Below, in pieces: positions 26,411-35,589 of a DNA stretch of 59,598 nt (its first letter is position 1; the number at the start of each line of letters is the position of its first letter). This stretch comes from a virus. The notes beneath the pieces are model-generated. The model saw nothing but the letters and a program-made list of their open reading frames with translations, did not search any database and was not told the DNA's origin. The stretch lies in IMG/VR virus record IMGVR_UViG_3300034782_000053; one strand, written 5' to 3'. A program made the position numbers and the translations under genes.

Positions 26411-27177
26411 CACAGCTCATCCTTATGCGCTTGGGTTACACGGGAAGTAATGCGAAGGAGATCAGAGACTACAAAGAACACGGCCACCGATAACTCATCA
26501 CCCCCCAGCGCTTCCTGACGACCGGAATACAGCGCGACATGAAGAGCTTCGGTTATAGACCGCCTCGCGTTTTTGTAGAAGGCCTCGACGTTATAGGCCC
26601 CAGCCCAAAGATCCCCAACACAGCGCAGCATGTAATCCAGGGACGATACAGCGTTATTCTCCACCACCTCATTGTCACGGATACGAGCGATGTCGTAGTA
26701 CGCCGCAATCGTGTGATGCAGGTCATCGAAGTCCTCGTCGTCATCCGGGTCCATATACCTGTGCTCTTTGGTCACCATGTCCAGGAACGACTCGGACCTG
26801 TCAACAAATACTTCAGGCGTTATCTCGAAATCATCGAAGCTTCCGCTCCCCTTGGAACGATAGGTGGAGACAGTAAAGGTGTAGTTCTCTGGCGGCAGTG
26901 CTGGGATTGACCAGGAACGCGCCAGCTCAATCAGGAAACGCGCGACGACCTCCGGAGACCAGATTTCCGAGGTCGTAAACGCCTCAATGAAGTGCCGATC
27001 GCCAAGCATCCCCACGAACCTCGAACACTGGCTCCCTGGTTCGTAGCCCATCTCGACCAGGACTCGGTCTTCCGCGATTTCCTCATCTCCATGATCGGCG
27101 AAAACGTAGATGTCCCTTGCACCCTCAACATCGACCCTGTGGACCTCATCACCATCCTGGAGATAGAAGGTGTCCAT
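26410..27177 (-). CDS. EMGY-domain family paralog 15 (255 aa)
   Basis: ...FADHGDEEIAEDRVLVEMGYEPGSQC. Confidence 0.8.
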   Translation of the reverse strand: MDTFYLQDGDEVHRVDVEGARDIYVFADHGDEEIAEDRVLVEMGYEPGSQCSRFVGMLGDRHFIEAFTTSEIWSPEVVARFLIELARSWSIPALPPENYTFTVSTYRSKGSGSFDDFEITPEVFVDRSESFLDMVTKEHRYMDPDDDEDFDDLHHTIAAYYDIARIRDNEVVENNAVSSLDYMLRCVGDLWAGAYNVEAFYKNARRSITEALHVALYSGRQEALGGDELSVAVFFVVSDLLRITSRVTQAHKDEL

Positions 27178-27179
27178 GG

Positions 27180-28025
27180 CTATGAATGCCTCCGTTCAAG
27201 AACCTGGACGAACTGACCGATGAGCTGCCGGCGCGTCTCATAGGAAAAGTCAGCCGCTTCTGACTTCGTGGCTCCGTCCAGTGCGGCCTCGTAGATGGCG
27301 GCGAGGCCGATATACTTCTGGATCTCCTCGAAATTTGAGTGTGCTCTTTCGAGTCGGGCATCGTTGTCATTTCTGATCATCTGACCAAGGGCGAAGAGCG
27401 CACTGGCGGCATAGAACCTGGCCTTGAGGACAAATTGTGGGTAGCGTGAGTAGTCCGTCTTCCAAGGAATATCGTTCTTCTCTGATTGCTCAAAGTTTGC
27501 GTCGCTGACCGCGCGCCCCATAAACCTGTTGTGCTTTTCGAGGTCTCTCTTCGCCTTTCTGTCGTCGGTTCCGAGGTCTGGATCGAAATCGTACAGCTCT
27601 CCGTAGATCTCCTTGAGCCCCTCAACCCACTCCACTGGGTCGACCTGGTAGTAATCCGGCTCATCTTCGCCACCGCGGAAGTAAGAGGCTATTGGGTGCG
27701 CGACGACAAACGGTGGGCTTCCGATCTTCTTGAGAATGGTGAGCGCTCGCTTCACCCAAATGAAGCCGGTTTCTGCCTTGATGTCGTACCAAGGCCCCGA
27801 CGTCCAGTATTCGTTGTCCTCCCACCTGAATAGCGCGAACAGTGTTTTAAACGGATTGGTCTGCCACTTGAGATAGGTTTTTGCACAGAGGTCAGGCTCG
27901 TAACCCATCTCGACGAGAACAAGCGCGTCTTCGATGTCGAACTCCTCAAAGACGAGGTCTCCAGATCCTGTCACCTCCACGTTCTGAATCTCGCCGTCGC
28001 ACTCTATCTTCAGCAGAATGCCCAT
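27180..28025 (-). CDS. EMGY-domain family paralog 16 (281 aa)
   Basis: MGILLKIECDGEIQNVEVTGSGDLVFEEFDIEDALVLVEMGYEPDLC. Confidence 0.8.
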   Translation of the reverse strand: MGILLKIECDGEIQNVEVTGSGDLVFEEFDIEDALVLVEMGYEPDLCAKTYLKWQTNPFKTLFALFRWEDNEYWTSGPWYDIKAETGFIWVKRALTILKKIGSPPFVVAHPIASYFRGGEDEPDYYQVDPVEWVEGLKEIYGELYDFDPDLGTDDRKAKRDLEKHNRFMGRAVSDANFEQSEKNDIPWKTDYSRYPQFVLKARFYAASALFALGQMIRNDNDARLERAHSNFEEIQKYIGLAAIYEAALDGATKSEAADFSYETRRQLIGQFVQVLERRHS

Positions 28026-28789
28026 CAGCCGTGCCTTTCGAGAACCCTGAGCGCTGCGAGCGCCAGCTTCTGATTCACCTCATCGATCTCCTCCTGGATC
28101 ATCCAGACTGACTCGGTGAATATTTTGTGATCTGATTCAAATGGGTGGCGATGCGATGCGACCGTTGGATAGTGGATGACTATGGATTGCATTGCTGCTT
28201 TTGCCACCTCGCAGGGGAGCTGTAGCGGAGTTTGAAGACCGCCCACCATTTCGATCTCGTTGACATACTCGGCAATCACCGATGCACAACCGAGAACTGC
28301 ATCGAGCGTCCTCTCACCTGCAAAAGGTGGGCGCCAGTTCGACCCCGCAAAGCTCTCTCGCCTCTTGTTGACATAGGCGTTCCAGCAATCAAATACCTGC
28401 TGTTTCGCCGAGTAGACTCGCTTGAGCGGCATTCCCCTCTTCGCGGACCAAAAACGTCGACACGCTCCGAGGAGAGATTTCATTTGCTTGACGCATCCGA
28501 TGCTCTGGTTGAGCAACGCCTCGTTTCGCGCTAATGCCTCGGCAGCCCATTGACAGGTGACGAAGCCGAGGAGGTTTGTCGGAATGATGTCAGAGCGACA
28601 GAGAAAATCGATCGGCGCCCTCTCCCACTCCCTCAGTATTTCAAGGCACAGAGGCGTCTCGTAGCCCATCTCTTCAAGGACAACATCTTGCTCGATGTCG
28701 TAGTCGACAAAAACCATCTCACCATCGCTCGTAATTTCGATGGTGGCGAGACCATCCTCTTCGCAGGGGAGCTGCAGGAAGATACTCAT
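28025..28789 (-). CDS. EMGY-domain family paralog 17 (254 aa)
   Basis: MSIFLQLPCEEDGLATIEITSDGEMVFVDYDIEQDVVLEEMGYETPLC. Confidence 0.8.
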   Translation of the reverse strand: MSIFLQLPCEEDGLATIEITSDGEMVFVDYDIEQDVVLEEMGYETPLCLEILREWERAPIDFLCRSDIIPTNLLGFVTCQWAAEALARNEALLNQSIGCVKQMKSLLGACRRFWSAKRGMPLKRVYSAKQQVFDCWNAYVNKRRESFAGSNWRPPFAGERTLDAVLGCASVIAEYVNEIEMVGGLQTPLQLPCEVAKAAMQSIVIHYPTVASHRHPFESDHKIFTESVWMIQEEIDEVNQKLALAALRVLERHG

Positions 28790-29526
28790 TCCTCATCCTC
28801 CTGGTCAGAAAAATAGTCGAGAATGTAGTCGAGCTGCCATTGGTACTCGTTGCCGTAAGCTTTCTGGTCTCGCTCAGCCATACCCTGCTGCGTCGCTGAC
28901 TGCCTTGTATAAGACGCTGTGTCCTGCGAAAACTTCCGCACAAGCACGGGAGCTGGCCCGGCGAGCTGTGTATGTCCGTAGAGGTGAGCATGAAGAGCCT
29001 TCATCGCCTCTCGGACGGCAGTGGCGATCAGCTCATCGCTGTAGGCGATTCTGAAAGCCTTGTCTGCTTCAGAAACATCCTTGCGATGCTCGGCGAGTTT
29101 TACCTCCCCCCTTGCTCTTTCAAGCAAGCGATAAGCCTGTGAAGCCCTCGTTATATTTCCGGACATCATAATGATGTCTCTCAAAGCGAGTCTTTTTTCA
29201 GGAGAGTCCGAAAAATAGTCTTTTCCGTGATACCTCCCGAATCTCTCGATCGCATGGTCCGCTATGCCAATCGCCAACAGCACCCTATCCGCCTCAGGAA
29301 TGAGCAACGCCTCATTACTGAGAAGAGCCTTGACGGGCTCATCCTCGAACTCTCGGACGAGACTAAGGCAGTCCGACGCTGGATACCCCATCTCTTCGAG
29401 CGCGATGTCTTCTTCGAGGTCGTAGTCGAGGGTCAAATCGCCGTCATCGTCGACTTGGGCATCGACGATTTGGTCGTCGCATCGGGCAGCAAGTACGAAG
29501 GACACGAGTTCACCCCCATCGCTCAC
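28786..29526 (-). CDS. EMGY-domain family paralog 18 (246 aa)
   Basis: GTG start 29526 in a GTGA overlap with the VWA gene stop. ...LDYDLEEDIALEEMGYPASDC. Confidence 0.75.
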   Translation of the reverse strand: MSDGGELVSFVLAARCDDQIVDAQVDDDGDLTLDYDLEEDIALEEMGYPASDCLSLVREFEDEPVKALLSNEALLIPEADRVLLAIGIADHAIERFGRYHGKDYFSDSPEKRLALRDIIMMSGNITRASQAYRLLERARGEVKLAEHRKDVSEADKAFRIAYSDELIATAVREAMKALHAHLYGHTQLAGPAPVLVRKFSQDTASYTRQSATQQGMAERDQKAYGNEYQWQLDYILDYFSDQEDEE

Positions 29527-31256
29527 TTGCCAGAGGTGATGTAGATGACATCACCGAACGGTGGTATTCCGCCCCACCTCTCCATCTGCGCCTCATCGCT
29601 TCCGACGATACCGATAACAACCCGCATGTTGGGCGGCGGAGAGTCGGGCCAGAGAGTGCCACCGTCCGTCAGGACTACCATGATGTTCGGGCGGGGCTGC
29701 GAATGATAGGCAGCGTTCATCCCAACTGTCAGGTCTGTTCCGCCGCCGATCTTTGCCTCACTCAGATACTTCTGAATGTCAGACGGGTTAAAAATCCGAC
29801 CAGTCCACGAGACCGTCGTGTCCGTCGCGAAGACACTGACACCTATCGTCGAACCGAACTGCCTGACAATTTCTGCAACTTCTCCCATCGCCTGTTCGAG
29901 GAGCGTGTAATTCCCCTTCGCCTTGGCGCTGCCATCGTTGAACGCGGCGAACATCGAGGCGGAGACATCGATGATGATTGCCACCTCAGGCACAGGGTGA
30001 ACGAGGCCTGGGAGTAGAATGTCTTTCTGGTGCCATTGGCGCCGGCTCACGCGACGGCGAGAGAACTCGAAAGAACCTGCCACAAAGTTGATAGCGTTCG
30101 AGACAGCGCTTCGGAGCTGCTGCTGCCAATTCACCGCAGATGGCGAAAGCTCTTCTTCGGCCCACTGAACTATTGTCGAGCCCACGCCCGTTCCACGACC
30201 CGTAGCTGACTCCTCGATGACCTTGTCGGCCGTTTTTTTTCGGATGAAGTCCTCTTGCGATCGATCAACGAAGTCGTCGGGCTCATCCTCCCAGGGAGCC
30301 GGGATACCAGTTGCGGATGAACCACAATCGCCCTCTCCGACATGCGGCGTGGAGCTAGGCTCACCACCTGTGGTCTGCCCCTGCTCGACCTGCTCTCCCT
30401 CGTCGTACTTGTCTTCAGCGCTCTTACCTTCGCCTTCGCCTTCACCTTCGCCTTCTTCGAAATCACCTTCGCCCTCTACCGGCTGACCTCTCTCTCCTAC
30501 GCCTTCTTCTCCTTCTTGAGGCAGGCGAGGATCGTAAATGACATAAGGAGGTTTCGTCCCTGGAGGCCGCTCTCCTGTCCAGGGTTCTTCGTACTCATAG
30601 ACAATAACCGGATCCGGCGGAGGACCAACTGGCGGCGGCTCGTCTTCTTCTCCTTCTTGCGGCGGCTCGGGAGGCGGTTCTTTCCCAGGCTTCTTCACCT
30701 TGATGATGGTTCGCTTGTACACCTTGACGTCGCCGTCAGGCGTCTCACCGAAGACATCGCCCTTTGGAGCTTCGAGGAGCATTTCGTAATACTCCTCCGC
30801 CAGCAGCCCCTTTTCGAAGTTGAAGCTCTCTGGAGTGATCGGCTCGAATCCAGGAATCTCTTTGAGCCGTTTCACGAGCGTATCGTCAGAATGGATCTCC
30901 GCGTCTGCCGCGAAGTTCCAGACCTTCGCCAGATCGCGGGGCACGTTCAGTTTTCGGGCGCGCTCTCCGTGACGACGGAGCAGGTGCCACAGCTCATGCT
31001 CCATGACAGCCGCGCCAGCTTCGACACCTGCCCTGTCCAAAAACTCATCGTTGAAGTACATCCGCCAGCTCGAATCGACAGCCGCTGTCGGGATGCTTTT
31101 GTCGTGCACCATGCGAAGCGTCATCGCTGCTGTCGCGAGATAGGGCCGCTGCGATGCCCTGAGCAGAAAAAGGCGCGCTGCCCGCACCAGCTCATATGGG
31201 TCACCAGGGTTTCGCCCCCTTCGAGGCCTTCCTGGGTTGATCATTCGAATCGTCAT
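29523..31256 (-). CDS. VWA-domain protein with N-terminal HExxH metallopeptidase-like domain (DUF2201-type MoxR partner) and a Pro/Glu-rich linker
   Basis: MEHELWHLLRRH (HExxH). C-terminal VWA with MIDAS IIIDVSASM (DxSxS). Low-complexity linker PPPEPPQEGEEDEPPP...VIVYEYEEPW...GEGEGEGEG. Translationally coupled on both sides. Confidence 0.8.
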   Translation of the reverse strand: MTIRMINPGRPRRGRNPGDPYELVRAARLFLLRASQRPYLATAAMTLRMVHDKSIPTAAVDSSWRMYFNDEFLDRAGVEAGAAVMEHELWHLLRRHGERARKLNVPRDLAKVWNFAADAEIHSDDTLVKRLKEIPGFEPITPESFNFEKGLLAEEYYEMLLEAPKGDVFGETPDGDVKVYKRTIIKVKKPGKEPPPEPPQEGEEDEPPPVGPPPDPVIVYEYEEPWTGERPPGTKPPYVIYDPRLPQEGEEGVGERGQPVEGEGDFEEGEGEGEGEGKSAEDKYDEGEQVEQGQTTGGEPSSTPHVGEGDCGSSATGIPAPWEDEPDDFVDRSQEDFIRKKTADKVIEESATGRGTGVGSTIVQWAEEELSPSAVNWQQQLRSAVSNAINFVAGSFEFSRRRVSRRQWHQKDILLPGLVHPVPEVAIIIDVSASMFAAFNDGSAKAKGNYTLLEQAMGEVAEIVRQFGSTIGVSVFATDTTVSWTGRIFNPSDIQKYLSEAKIGGGTDLTVGMNAAYHSQPRPNIMVVLTDGGTLWPDSPPPNMRVVIGIVGSDEAQMERWGGIPPFGDVIYITSGK

Positions 31257-31993
31257 GGTGACGTCTCCTCATGGTATCGCTCGATGAAGTCGAGCGTGTG
31301 ATCGAGCTGCCACTTCTTCTCTTCCATCTCCGCCTTGTCAGGATCTTCGTTCTCCTGAATGGCCTTGTTCCTCACGGCCTCTTGTGCTTGCGAGCTGACC
31401 TCGAAGATGTACTTGAAAAAGTTCTTTTCGGCCTTTGCCCGAACCTTTGGTAGCGAGATGGCAACGAGCCACTCTGCAGCGTTGATGAGCTGAACGGCAC
31501 TTTTATTGGCGTGGTACGCAGCAGGTGGATGACCGACATACAGCCCTTGATCTCGAAGGTTTTTCCGAACCTTGTCGAGCATCATCGTTGTAAAACGACC
31601 CTCCAGCGAACCCTCTACCGCTCTCACGGCACTGTAAAACCAGGGGTGCTCAGCCTCCGCGAACATTTCAAAGTGCTGCTGCTGCCCGCGTTCAGAGAAT
31701 ACCCAATCGATGTGATGGACATAGTCAATCCCTAGCTGCACCCAGGCCTCGTATGGGAGAATGCCGACTCCGTAATCTTCCGTTGCCCAAAGCCCCCTCT
31801 GAAGCATCATGAGGACGTAGAGAGGCTTGGTGGGGTAGAAGTTGATAGCCTGGTAGCAGGGGCTACCGGAGTAACCCATCTCGACGAGAACGGCCTCCTC
31901 GTCGTAGTCAAAATCGAAGATGGTTAATCCACCGCGGTCTACTTCGACCTCGTGTACTCCACCTCCGCAGCGTATCTCCGTGACAATGGCCAT
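31253..31993 (-). CDS. EMGY-domain family paralog 19 (246 aa)
   Basis: MAIVTEIRCGGGVHEVEVDRGGLTIFDFDYDEEAVLVEMGYSGSPC. Sits between the VWA gene and the AAA+ ATPase genes. Confidence 0.8.
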   Translation of the reverse strand: MAIVTEIRCGGGVHEVEVDRGGLTIFDFDYDEEAVLVEMGYSGSPCYQAINFYPTKPLYVLMMLQRGLWATEDYGVGILPYEAWVQLGIDYVHHIDWVFSERGQQQHFEMFAEAEHPWFYSAVRAVEGSLEGRFTTMMLDKVRKNLRDQGLYVGHPPAAYHANKSAVQLINAAEWLVAISLPKVRAKAEKNFFKYIFEVSSQAQEAVRNKAIQENEDPDKAEMEEKKWQLDHTLDFIERYHEETSP

Positions 31994-31995
31994 CC

Positions 31996-33459
31996 CTACT
32001 TCTTTTTCTTCGCCAGACCCTTCAAGACGCCGACCTTTTTCATCATGGGGAAGAACTTCTTCACCAGGCGGCTCGGCGGCTTCGTGCCCTTGATCTGTGG
32101 ATAGCGATCACTCGTAGCGATCTTGGTCAGATCGAGGACCGTCGTAAACATTGCGTCGACCTTGTTTGTCTCGTCGACGACGTAACCGACGACATCCCAC
32201 GCCTGAAGGAAACGCTCTTCTGAGGGCTTTCGCTGTACCGCCGCGACGAGCGACTGACCGACAGCGTAGATCTGATCGCTGCGGGCGTTCTTCACGTCCC
32301 AGATGGTTGGATCGAGCATGACCTCTTCTGCGTCTGGCAGGTCTCTCTCCTTGATCCAGTTCATGAACTCGCCGCCTGGACCTTCACCCACGCACCCCTT
32401 GACAAGCAGCGCCTGAACGTCCATCGGAGCCCAGACAGCACGTCCTGCCCCGAGGGCTTCTGCCGCCATGTCCCAGGTTCGCGGGCTCGGCCACGCAAGG
32501 CCGCGCTCTGTCTGCGTCTTCGGCATCATCATGAAAAGCTCTTCACGACGACGAAGGAAGGCCGCAATATCCTCCTTGGCGCTCATGGCCTCTGAAGTCT
32601 TTCGCCAGTCCTTCGGAAGTGAGAACAAGCGAGGCCTGGCCCACCCGAGCATCAGACCGAGACCCCAGATGATCCCAGAGGGCTCTGGCCACTTGATGTG
32701 GAGCATCCGGTTTGCCGCTGGCGGCGGCAAGTCGATGGCTCCAGCACCCTCTCCAGACGGATTCGCGGCGGCGACGACACTGCATGCCTCTCCACGGAGC
32801 GGCCCGCTCTTCGGATCGAAGTTCAGCTCCCCAGCGATCTTCTCGCGCACCACCCGCAGCATAGCGGCATGAACGAGTGGGCTCATGCTCGTGAACTCGT
32901 CCAGGAACAGAACCGAGCGCTTACCCTGATCGGCCCTGGCCCTGATCTCCTGAGCCCAAACTGGTGGGACCAGCGAGCCATCGAGCTTCATGATGCCGCC
33001 GATGTCTGCCGGGTCTTTCGTCGAGCCAATAACGGTGAAGACCTCGGCATCCATCGCTTCGCCGAGAGCTTCCAGCCAGGTCGTTTTACCGATACCAGGA
33101 GCGCCCCACAAGATGGTTGGGACACCGGACTGGACGGCGATTGCAGCAGCCTGCTGTGCGATCTGAGCCTCACTCAGCTCATCGGGATTGCGAAGAATAC
33201 GGGAGCGCTTGACGAAGTAGATGCCGGCTCCAACACCAACGCCGATCCCAACCCAAAACCACCAGGGGCGTCCAGCAAATTGTCCGTCCTCAGGATTTTC
33301 TGTTCCGAGGTTACTACACCCTGCGCAGCTCGCAATCGGAGAGTCGTCGTCGTATATGGGTACGATAGCCCCCATCTGCGGGGGTATGACCTGCTGGGCA
33401 GTGAGCGGAGGGCGAACTGCTACGTAGCGCCCATCATCGTTGTCGTCTCGATAGTTCAT
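31996..33459 (-). CDS. MoxR-like AAA+ ATPase (AAA_5 type) with N-terminal TM segment
   Basis: Walker A LWGAPGIGKTT, Walker B VLFLDEF, sensor AAAN. N-terminal hydrophobic WWFWVGIGVGVGAGIYFV. ATGA coupling to the upstream ATPase. Confidence 0.85.
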   Translation of the reverse strand: MNYRDDNDDGRYVAVRPPLTAQQVIPPQMGAIVPIYDDDSPIASCAGCSNLGTENPEDGQFAGRPWWFWVGIGVGVGAGIYFVKRSRILRNPDELSEAQIAQQAAAIAVQSGVPTILWGAPGIGKTTWLEALGEAMDAEVFTVIGSTKDPADIGGIMKLDGSLVPPVWAQEIRARADQGKRSVLFLDEFTSMSPLVHAAMLRVVREKIAGELNFDPKSGPLRGEACSVVAAANPSGEGAGAIDLPPPAANRMLHIKWPEPSGIIWGLGLMLGWARPRLFSLPKDWRKTSEAMSAKEDIAAFLRRREELFMMMPKTQTERGLAWPSPRTWDMAAEALGAGRAVWAPMDVQALLVKGCVGEGPGGEFMNWIKERDLPDAEEVMLDPTIWDVKNARSDQIYAVGQSLVAAVQRKPSEERFLQAWDVVGYVVDETNKVDAMFTTVLDLTKIATSDRYPQIKGTKPPSRLVKKFFPMMKKVGVLKGLAKKKK

Positions 33460-35036
33460 CGTAGACCTCCGAAGACTCGAACACCCTCGACGCGATACTC
33501 ATCGAGCATTTCGTCTTCGGGAATCTCCGCGTCCTTGATGGCTGCCACGAAGCGCTTGTCTTTGGTCAAGGCCATCAGCCTGTCGGCCGCGAGCGCCAGC
33601 ACCTCTGGCCTGTCAGACTTCGCCCTGGCGTGCTCCATGAACTCCCAAGCCCGCTCCCAGGCATCCCGCGACGGCGACTTCTTGACCTCGTTTACGACAG
33701 CGTTTGCGGCGGCATAGAGGACGTCAGGACGACCTAGCTGCACCTCATATTTCTTGGGAGCTGCGAGAATGTCTCGTCCATCAACAGCGTCTCGGTCGTT
33801 GAGCCAATCGAAGAACTTCTTGGCTGGCAGCATCCCGACCGCACCAGAGACAAGCTTGAAGATGACCTGGGGAGGAGCGTTGACGACTCGGGCGGCGCCC
33901 AGAGCGTCCGCAGCCATCTCCCAGCTCCTGGGGCTCGGCCATGCCTCGCCTCTTGCTGCCGATGTCGCAGGCAGTTCCAGCATGTACCTCTGCTGATAGG
34001 CGACGAAAGCCGCGACGTCTTCCTCTGCGCTGACAGCCTCACGAGTCCTCTTCCAGTCTCTCGGGAGTGCCGGGAGCTGAGGCTTTGGCCACTCCGAAGA
34101 AAGAAGCCCCACTCCCCACTCCACAACAGAAGGCGGCACCCACTTGATATGAATGAGCCGGTTAGCGGCCGGAGGAGGAAGCTCCATCGAGCCTGCACCT
34201 TCCTCGGGGGCGTTCGCGGCGGCGACAACTGAGACATACCTGTCAGTGGGGTCGAAGTTCAGCTCTCCGGCGATCTTTTCCCGAACGACTCGAAGCAGCG
34301 CGGCGTGCACGAGCGGGCTCATGCTCGTGAACTCGTCCAGGAACAGAACCGAGCGCTTTCGCTGGTCCGAACGCTTGCGAATCTTCTGAGCCCACATGGG
34401 CGGGATCGTTCTGCCTTCGAGATTCATGATGCCGCCAATGTCGGCTGGATCCTTGGTTGAGCCGATGACCGTAAAGACCTCGGCGTTCATCGCTTCGCCG
34501 AGGGCTTCCAGCCAGCTCGACTTCCCTATTCCAGGAGGCCCCCAAAGGATGGTGGGAAGCCCTGCCTGCACTGCGAGTGCAGCGGCCTGCTGAGCCGCCT
34601 CGGAATCGGTGACGTCCCTGGGGTTTTCGAAGATGCCGCTTTTTGTAAGCAAGTAGAGCGCACCGCCCACACCAAGGCCGATTCCAACCCAGAACAGCCA
34701 GGAGTGTCCTGTCCTTTCCTCGACTCCGACGTTAGAGAGAGCCGAGTTCTGACATCCGACGCAGCATTCTTCGATCGATGGATCGCAGCTCCCAACGAGC
34801 TGAGACCTCGTCCTCTGGACGATTCCAGGTCCAAATCGATACACCTTCGCACCGGAGGGCTGGATAGCCCCCATCCCGTCAAAGAGCTGAGCTTCGGAGG
34901 GCTGGATGGCTCCCATGCCGCTGAAGAGCTGAGCCTCTGAGGGCTGAATCGCGCCAAGGCCCTGGCTGAAGATCTGAGCACGCGACAGGTTTATGAGACC
35001 CAGCGGCTGTCGACCTTTTGTGTTGTACTCGTACAT
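33456..35036 (-). CDS. MoxR-like AAA+ ATPase paralog with N-terminal MYEY tag, 15-aa x3 tandem repeat and TM segment
   Basis: Starts MYEYNTKGRQ. Repeat EAQLF.GMGAIQPS x3. Walker A LWGPPGIGKSS, Walker B VLFLDEF. GGAGGA SD. Confidence 0.85.
   Translation of the reverse strand: MYEYNTKGRQPLGLINLSRAQIFSQGLGAIQPSEAQLFSGMGAIQPSEAQLFDGMGAIQPSGAKVYRFGPGIVQRTRSQLVGSCDPSIEECCVGCQNSALSNVGVEERTGHSWLFWVGIGLGVGGALYLLTKSGIFENPRDVTDSEAAQQAAALAVQAGLPTILWGPPGIGKSSWLEALGEAMNAEVFTVIGSTKDPADIGGIMNLEGRTIPPMWAQKIRKRSDQRKRSVLFLDEFTSMSPLVHAALLRVVREKIAGELNFDPTDRYVSVVAAANAPEEGAGSMELPPPAANRLIHIKWVPPSVVEWGVGLLSSEWPKPQLPALPRDWKRTREAVSAEEDVAAFVAYQQRYMLELPATSAARGEAWPSPRSWEMAADALGAARVVNAPPQVIFKLVSGAVGMLPAKKFFDWLNDRDAVDGRDILAAPKKYEVQLGRPDVLYAAANAVVNEVKKSPSRDAWERAWEFMEHARAKSDRPEVLALAADRLMALTKDKRFVAAIKDAEIPEDEMLDEYRVEGVRVFGGLR
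34850..34990. repeat. 45-bp tandem repeat x3 inside the AAA+ ATPase gene (encodes EAQLF.GMGAIQPS x3)
   Basis: gagggctggatagcccccatcccgtcaaagagctgagcttcg / gagggctggatggctcccatgccgctgaagagctgagcctct / gagggctgaatcgcgccaaggccctggctgaagatctgagc. Confidence 0.8.
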
Positions 35037-35047
35037 GAGTCCTCCGG

Positions 35048-35587
35048 TTAATACTGCTCAAACTCCGGGAAGCCTGGGAGCAGCTCGGCTACCGGGTCCA
35101 TGAAGTTGATGAGTTCGATCTCGTTCGAGATGGCAAAATCAACGATGTCAGGGAAATACTCGTCCAGCTCAGCATCTTCGTAGAGCTGCTCGCGCGCCCC
35201 CGGTTCGAGCGGAATCTCAAAGACGACTCCATTTACCCAACCCTCGAAGTAGTGATCGTACCAGTTGGCGTCGGGACCGCTCGCGTTACCGATGCGAGTG
35301 ACGGTTCTGTTTATCATCTTCGGGAGATTACGCCGCGGTACAACGAGCATCGGACGCGTAAAGTCGAAGGCAGGTGGCAACAGCCCCATTTCGACGCAGA
35401 AGGAGTAGGGGTTTATCGACCACTTGCGATAAAGCTGAAGGCACTCGCTTGCTGGATACCCCATCTCTGCGAGCGTCACATCGTGATCAAGGTCGTAATC
35501 GAGGAACTCTGGCTCGCCGTCTTCTCCAGGACGTACCAGAACAGTCTTTCCGTCACACTCGAACTCTATGGCGCGCATCTTCCACAT
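35048..35587 (-). CDS. EMGY-domain family paralog 20 (179 aa)
   Basis: ...AIEFECDGKTVLVRPGEDGEPEFLDYDLDHDVTLAEMGYPASEC. Confidence 0.8.
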   Translation of the reverse strand: MWKMRAIEFECDGKTVLVRPGEDGEPEFLDYDLDHDVTLAEMGYPASECLQLYRKWSINPYSFCVEMGLLPPAFDFTRPMLVVPRRNLPKMINRTVTRIGNASGPDANWYDHYFEGWVNGVVFEIPLEPGAREQLYEDAELDEYFPDIVDFAISNEIELINFMDPVAELLPGFPEFEQY

Positions 35588-35589
35588 GG

